Shown here piece after piece: positions 58,505 to 64,000 of a stretch of 64,000 bases of DNA (position 1 is the stretch's first letter; every line of letters begins with the position of its first letter). A program made the translations under genes and the position numbers. The notes under the pieces are model-generated. The model saw only the letters and a list, made by a program, of their open reading frames with translations. It had not been told where the DNA came from and ran no database searches. Source of the DNA: an uncultured delta proteobacterium (lineage in GTDB: Bacteria > Myxococcota > Myxococcia > Myxococcales > Anaeromyxobacteraceae); contig CAVYBH010000012.1 of the NCBI GenBank assembly GCA_963766715.1, positions 544,001 to 608,000 of the forward strand, read 5' to 3'.

Positions 58505-59353
58505 GCGTCGGGCCGGGAGCCGTCCCGCCCGCACCTGGGGCGGAGGCGTCCGCAGGTCCCAGACCACCCCCACCGTCGAGAGCGCCCGGAGGAGGAGGTA
58601 GCTCACGTCGAGCTCCCACCAGAACCAGCCCTGGTTGGCGGTGGACGCGTAGAAGTGGTGGTTGTTGTGCCACCCCTCCCCCAGCGTCAGGATGGCCAGC
58701 ACCGGGTTGTTCCGGGAGTCGTCGGCGGTGGGATACCGGCGCGAGCCGAGCACGTGGGCGACCGAGTTGATGGAGAAGGTCACGTGCCAGCAGATCACCA
58801 CCGGCACGAAGAAGCCCCAGAGCATCGCCGGGAGGCCGCCGACGGCGAAGAGGGCGCCCGCGAAGGCGGCCGGCACGACCATGCCCCACCGGTCGAGCCA
58901 GCGTAGCTCCGGGAAGCGGAGCAGGTCCTTCACGCGTTCGGGCCGGGTCTCGTCGTAGCGGGCCGCCAGGATCCAGCCGACGTGGCTCCACCAGAAGCCG
59001 CGCTGGACGGGCGAGTGAACGTCCTTCGGGCCGTCGGAGTAGCGATGATGGTCCCGGTGGTGCGCGGCCCACCAGAGCACGCCTTTCTGCACCGAGAGGG
59101 TCCCCAGGAGCGCGAGCACGAACTGGAAGACCCGGCTGGTGCGGAAGGCGCGGTGGGAGAAGTAGCGGTGGAACCCGGCCGTGATCCCGAACATCAGGGC
59201 GACGTACACGCCGAGCGCGAGCCCGGCCCGGCCCCAGGTCGGAGGCGCCAGGAACGGTGCGGCGAACGCCACGGCGTGGACGGCAAGGAAGGGAACGGAC
59301 TTCAGCCACTGGGGCCGATCGAGGTCTGGCTCGAGGATCGCGTCGGTGGTCAC
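58451..59353 (-). CDS. Acyl-CoA (delta-9) fatty acid desaturase
   Basis: His boxes HRYFSH, HRDHH, EGWHNNHH; INSVAH. Confidence 0.93.
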   Translation of the reverse strand: MTTDAILEPDLDRPQWLKSVPFLAVHAVAFAAPFLAPPTWGRAGLALGVYVALMFGITAGFHRYFSHRAFRTSRVFQFVLALLGTLSVQKGVLWWAAHHRDHHRYSDGPKDVHSPVQRGFWWSHVGWILAARYDETRPERVKDLLRFPELRWLDRWGMVVPAAFAGALFAVGGLPAMLWGFFVPVVICWHVTFSINSVAHVLGSRRYPTADDSRNNPVLAILTLGEGWHNNHHFYASTANQGWFWWELDVSYLLLRALSTVGVVWDLRTPPPQVRAGRLPARRLQEDRPASGEIRVEHAL

Positions 59354-59476
59354 CCCCCTTACCTACGGGGTCCCTGTCACCGCACCGTCACGGCAGGGCG
59401 CGCCGCCAGGTATCCCTTTCGGAGCGCACCTCTTTGCGCTATCTTCCCCGCTCCTCCGGCACGAGGTTCTCCCGAG

Positions 59477-59701
59477 ATGGCGCGCGCTTACATCGGCAAC
59501 ACCCCCTGCGAGGTCTTCGCCGACAAGGATCTCGGCGACAACTGGGCGATCTCGGTCGTTCCGCCCCGGCCCACCGGCCCGGACGTCCCGGCGCTCTCCC
59601 CCCTCGTCATGAAGCTTCAGGGCGAGGACCGCGAGAAGTGCGTGCTGGGCGCCCTCGAGCTCCTGGTGAAGGCCGGCAAGATCGACCGCTTCGAGGTCTG
59701 A
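59477..59701 (+). CDS. Small hypothetical protein (74 aa)
   Basis: MARAYIGNTPCEVFADKD...KIDRFEV*; strong GC3 codon bias; GAGG upstream. Confidence 0.7.
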   Translation: MARAYIGNTPCEVFADKDLGDNWAISVVPPRPTGPDVPALSPLVMKLQGEDREKCVLGALELLVKAGKIDRFEV

Positions 59702-59711
59702 TCGGCCGGGG

Positions 59712-60460
59712 CTAGAGCCCTTCCGTCCGGACCAGGGCTTCACCCGGCACCAGCCCGAGCACTGCGGCGGCGGCCGCGCGAACCGCGTCCCGGTCGCGCC
59801 CCTCCACCGTCACGCGAACCCGGTGATCGGCGGGGTCGAAGCGCGGGTAGCTCCCCACCTCCACGCGAGGGTGACCCTCCGCCACCGCAGCGAGCGGCAC
59901 GGCCAGCCGATCCTCGCCCCAGGCGGAAGTACAGGCAGACGAGGTGGTACGGCGCGCCGTCGAAGAGATGGGCGACCCGCTCGAACTGGTGGCGAAGGAA
60001 GGACGGCACGCCGGGCAGCATCACCACCCGGGAGACCACCAGCGTCGGAAACTCGGGGTCGCCGAGGAGCTCGGTGCCCTCGGGGAGGTCGGCCATGCGG
60101 AGTGCGACCTCCGGGAACGGAGCCCCGGGATGGTGGCGCTCGTGCATCTCCCGGAGCAGCCTGGGCCATCCGCTCGTCGCGGCGGATCGGGAGCCCGAGC
60201 GCTCGAGCGACGGCCGGCACAGTGAGATCGTCGTGGGTGGGGCCGACCCCTCCGCTCGAGAGCACCCAGTCGGCGCGCCGGCGCGCGGCGAGCAGCGTCT
60301 CGACGATGACGTCCATCCGGTCGGGGACCACGTGCAGCGCGGTGAGCTCGACGCCGAGGTCGCGCAGCCGCCTCGCCAGATACGGGCCGTTCGCGTCCTC
60401 CACCTTCGCGGAGAGGACCTCGCTGCCCACCACGACGACGGCGGCCGTGGCGGGGCTCAC
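59712..60460 (-). CDS. CinA-like/molybdopterin-binding domain protein (frameshifts near 60155 and 59920)
   Basis: VGSEVLSAKVEDANG, SGGVGPTHDDLT, LPGVP, VGSYP. Confidence 0.85.
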
Positions 60461-61094
60461 GGGAGGATCGACTCCACCGCCCGGGCCACCCCGGCGGCCA
60501 CCGACTCGATGGCGCCGTCGCCCGGCCAGGTCGGCCACGGGCTCCCTGGCGCGAACCATCGAGGCAAGCGAATCGCAGGTACGCGCGGTGCACCTTTCGC
60601 TGGAACTCGGGGACCTCGTAGATCTCCCGCTCGGCGCTCGCCGCGTACCGGCGGCGGAGCGCCACCGACGGCGAGACGCGGAGGAAGACGGTGAGATCCG
60701 CGGCAGGCGCGCGCGAGTTGATGGCCGCCACCCAGGCGGCATCGCCGGTGCTCACGGCCTGGTAGGCCAGGCTGGAGAGGACGTAGCGATCCGAGATCAC
60801 GTCGTACCCCTCCTCCAGGCGGGGCCGGATCTCGCTCTCCCAGTGGTCGAGCCGATCGGCGGCGAAGAGGAGCGCGAGGGCCCGCGGATCGAAGTCTGCT
60901 CCCCCCGCGCCGCGAAGGCGCCCGGAGAGGACGAGGCGAACCTGGGTTCCCACCGGCCCGCGCGAGGGCTCGGCGGTGAGGTGCGGACGGCGACCCCGTG
61001 CGCGCAGCCATCCCGCCAGCAGCTGGGCCTGGGTGGTGGTGCCGGCGCCGTCGAGCCCCTCGAGCACCAGGAAGAGTCCGCGGCGGCGCTTCAC
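60457..61094 (-). CDS. tmk: Thymidylate kinase (frameshifted near the C-terminus)
   Basis: LEGLDGAGTTTQ, TAEP, LLFAADR, SDRYVLSSLAYQ. Confidence 0.9.
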
Positions 61095-61472
61095 GATTCC
61101 ATCCCCAGCCGCTTGCGGATCTCCTGGAGGCGGGCGAAATCGCGGTCCTCGACCTTCATCGCGCGCCGCGCCCGGCGGAAGGCGAGCACGGCCACCGAGA
61201 CGCACAGCCAGGAGGAGCGCCACCGAGCCCAGGAAGAGCAGCGGGTAGCGTCCGATCGGGCGGGTGGGCCGCGGTCCCCAGCCCCACCGATCCCAGGCGA
61301 ACTTCACCGAGAGCCCCGCGGTGACGACCACGCCGAAGAGGGCGTACGCCCCCTGCCGGACGTCGTCGATGGACCTGCGGGTCGCGACGCGGGCCGCGAG
61401 CTCCGCCTGCTCCACGCGCAGCGCGGCCAGCTCCGGCTCGGCGGCGGGTGGAGTCCCGGCGGGGATCTTCAT
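61091..61472 (-). CDS. Small two-TM hypothetical protein (frameshift near 61205)
   Basis: Two hydrophobic segments; corrected end EDRDFARLQEIRKRLGMES* overlaps the tmk GTG. Confidence 0.65.
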
Positions 61473-61476
61473 CGCC

Positions 61477-62841
61477 TCACCCATCCCCGAACCTGGCCGC
61501 CACGGCCTCCTGGACGGCGCCCAGCGTGGCCGGGAGCTTCACCGGCGGGTTGCGCAGGGCCGGACGGAGTCCCGGAAGCGTCCCCTCGTGATAGCCCACC
61601 TTGAAGTCGGAGAACTTGAGCCCGTGGGCCGTGGAGATGACCACCACCCGGTCCTTCGGCTTCACGACGCCGCGGGCGGCGAGCTTCTCGAGCGCAGCCA
61701 GGGCCACGCCGGTGTGCGGGCACGCGAAGGCGCCGGACTGGTCCGCGCGAGCGGCCGCGTCGGCGAGCTCCTGCTCGCTGGCCTGCTCCACCAGGCCGTC
61801 GAGCGCCTCGATGGCGCGGAGCGCTCGCTTGGCGGACACGGGCGCGCCGATCTGGATGGCGCTGGCGAGCGTGGTCGCGGCGGGGATGGGGTCGACGACG
61901 AGGTCGGCGCTCGGCCTGCCCGCCCGCTGCACCGCCCGGTAGAGCGGGTTGGCGTTCTCGGCCTGGGCCACCACCAGCCGGGGAAGCCGGTCGACGAGAC
62001 CCAGCGCCTTCAGGAGGAGGAAGCCCTTGCCGAGCGCCCCGGCGTTGCCCAGGTTCCCGCCGGGGATGATCACCCAGTCCGGGACGGTCCAGCCCAGCTG
62101 CTGCGACACCTCGACGGCCACCGTCTTCTGTCCCTCGATGCGCAACGAGTTCATCGAGTTCGCCAGGTAGATGTCCGGCGTCTTCGAGAGCTCCTGGACC
62201 ACGCGCATGCAGCCGTCGAAGTCGGTGTCGAGCTCGAGGACCAGCGCCCCGTTGGACACGGGCTGCACCAGCTGGGCGGTCGAGACCTTGCCGCGCGGGA
62301 GCAGGACCACCGAGGGGATCCCGGACGCGGCGCAATAGGCGGCGAGGGCCGCGCTGGTGTCGCCGGTCGATGCGCAGGCCACCGCCCGGATGGGCATTCC
62401 GCGCGCCCGCATCTCCTTCACGGCGGAGACGAGCACGGTCATGCCCAGGTCCTTGAACGACCCGGTGTGCGTGACGCCGCACTCCTTCAGCCAGACGTCC
62501 TCGAGCCCGATCGCCCGCGCGTACCGCTCGAGCCGGAGGAGCGGCGTCCCCCCCTCGTACATGGAGACGACGTTCTCCGGCGCAAGCTGCGGGTAGACCC
62601 ACTCCTTCTTTCCCCACACGCCGGAGCCGTACGGCCAGGCGCCGCCGCGGAAGCGCCCCTCGAACAGGGACTTCCACTCGCCGGCGCTGCGCGAGCGGAG
62701 CGCGTCCATGTCGTGCTCGACCTCGAGCAGTCCCTGGCAGCGGGGGCACCGGTAGACGACATCGGTGAGGGACGCGCGGAAGTCGCAGCCGTCTGCGCAG
62801 CGGAACCACGCGGAGAAAGGAGATTTCGAGGGGGCGTTCAT
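61477..62841 (-). CDS. thrC: Threonine synthase
   Basis: [15 protein letters not shown] (PLP Lys), [30 protein letters not shown]. Confidence 0.94.
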   Translation of the reverse strand: MNAPSKSPFSAWFRCADGCDFRASLTDVVYRCPRCQGLLEVEHDMDALRSRSAGEWKSLFEGRFRGGAWPYGSGVWGKKEWVYPQLAPENVVSMYEGGTPLLRLERYARAIGLEDVWLKECGVTHTGSFKDLGMTVLVSAVKEMRARGMPIRAVACASTGDTSAALAAYCAASGIPSVVLLPRGKVSTAQLVQPVSNGALVLELDTDFDGCMRVVQELSKTPDIYLANSMNSLRIEGQKTVAVEVSQQLGWTVPDWVIIPGGNLGNAGALGKGFLLLKALGLVDRLPRLVVAQAENANPLYRAVQRAGRPSADLVVDPIPAATTLASAIQIGAPVSAKRALRAIEALDGLVEQASEQELADAAARADQSGAFACPHTGVALAALEKLAARGVVKPKDRVVVISTAHGLKFSDFKVGYHEGTLPGLRPALRNPPVKLPATLGAVQEAVAARFGDG

Positions 62842-62901
62842 GGCGGCGGGCGGCCCAATCTGCCTAAGGTCGCCTTCCTTGGCAAGCGCCCGGCGGCCCG
62901 G

Positions 62902-63373
62902 TCAGCGCTGCGCCCGGACGCCGCAGGCGGGGCACGTCTCGCCCCGGACGGGCGTTCCGCAGTCCCGGCAGAGGACGACGTCCAGCGGCGGTGCAGCGCC
63001 ACCCCCCACCGCGGGGAGGCGCATCCCGCAATGGGCGCAGAAAGCCTCCCCGGGGAAGGCCGGCGTCCTGCAATACCGGCAGATCGCCACCACCGGCTCC
63101 TCGGCGGGTCCGTCCTCGGGCAGCCCCTCTGCCGCCGTGGGCATGAGCCCTTCCACCGCGTCCGCGACCACCTGCACGGGGTCGACGGCCGTCGCCTCGA
63201 GCCCGTCGACGAGCCTCCCCGGCCGCCTCCACCGGCGGCAGCAGGGTCGGCTCGAGGTCGGGGAGCGCCTCCACGACCGGCTCGACCCGCTCCCCTGCAG
63301 GGAACGGGTGCCCGCAGACGTCGCAGGCGTCGCCCGAGGGCTGGACGTTCTCGCAGAGTGCGCAGGCCGGCAT
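62902..63373 (-). CDS. Multi-zinc-ribbon protein (frameshift near 63215)
   Basis: Six CXXC motifs: CALC, CDVC, CRYC, CAHC, CRDC, CPAC; acidic spacer. Confidence 0.72.
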
Positions 63374-63414
63374 GGAGCGATGATACCAGCGCCCGCTTCC
63401 GGGCGCTCCCCGGC

Positions 63415-64000
63415 TCAGCCCGACCCGGGCGAGCGACAGCCGCGACGACCAGCGCTCCAGCGCCTCCGCCGTCGGCGCGTGGTCCGGCTGCCCGAGCTCG
63501 GGGTCCTCGTCGACCAGGCGGAAGGCCTCCTCCCGCGCCTCGTCGAGGATGGCCTCGTCGCGGTAGAGGTCGGCCACCTCGAAGACCGGCAGCCCGGCTT
63601 GCCGCGTGCCCAGCATCTCCCCGGGACCGCGGATGCGCAGGTCGGCCCGTGCGATCTCGAAGCCGTCCTGCGAGCGCACGAGCGTCCGGAGCCGTTCCCG
63701 GGCGTCGTCCCCGGCCCGCGCGTAGTGGGCGATGAGCAGGCACTGGCTTCGCGCCGCGCCGCGTCCGACCCGTCCCCGGAGCTGGTGCAGCTGGGAGAGG
63801 CCGAACCGCTCGGCGTGCTCGACGATCATGACCGTCGCATTGGGCACGTCGACCCCGACCTCGATGACGGTGGTGGCCACGAGGACGTGGATCTCGCCCT
63901 TGCGGAACCGGGACATCACTGCCTCCTTCTCCTCGGGCTTCATCTTCCCGTGGAGGAGGCCGACCGCGTGGGGGGCGAGCAGGCGACGCAGCTCGTCCGC
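63415..64000 (-). CDS. recG: ATP-dependent DNA helicase RecG, C-terminal part (runs off the window; extra base just before the stop)
   Basis: LLHGKM, ATTVIEVGVDVPNA, AERFGLSQLHQLRGRVGRG, DGFEIARADLRIRGPGE, GTRQAG. Confidence 0.95.

Noticed and set aside
62864..63943. Apparent RecG-zinc ribbon fusion
   Set aside because: One extra G in the G-run before TGA at 63415 explains the read-through; the zinc-ribbon gene has its own ATG at 63373.

Overview
Very GC-rich core-chromosome window whose gene content and order suggest an Anaeromyxobacter-like myxobacterium (inference). It holds about 60 protein-coding genes: acyl-CoA catabolism, rnc-ppi-ppi-era-der-yfgM-bamB-like-nudix, mrp, corA, rtcA, an ECF sigma/anti-sigma locus, glnD-sua5-xerD-S2P-trpS-scpA-scpB-rluB, amidase, elbB, triheme cytochrome c7, mutS, ubiB-like, lexA, lon, a Ser/Thr kinase-TPR-FHA/GAF sigma54 activator cluster, mutL, desaturase, cinA-like, tmk, thrC and the 3' end of recG. 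Many conserved genes (der, mutS, mutL, lon, tmk) are broken by single-base indels, best explained as long-read assembly errors, so their coordinates are reconstructed across frames. I saw no tRNA, rRNA, CRISPR array, IS or prophage. The main signals outside the ORF track are: (1) an apparently ORF-less sigma54 transcription unit at 55166-55445, with tandem enhancer-like palindromes, a -24/-12 promoter and a structured C-rich RNA, i.e. a candidate new small RNA near a sigma54 activator; (2) a 28-bp XerCD dif site at 12126-12153; (3) a coiled-coil protein ending in a RelE/ParE-like domain, paired with a metallophosphoesterase between lexA and lon; (4) an ECF-linked membrane protein combining STN-like repeats, beta-helix repeats and a TM bundle; (5) candidate LexA, FNR and ECF promoter sites.
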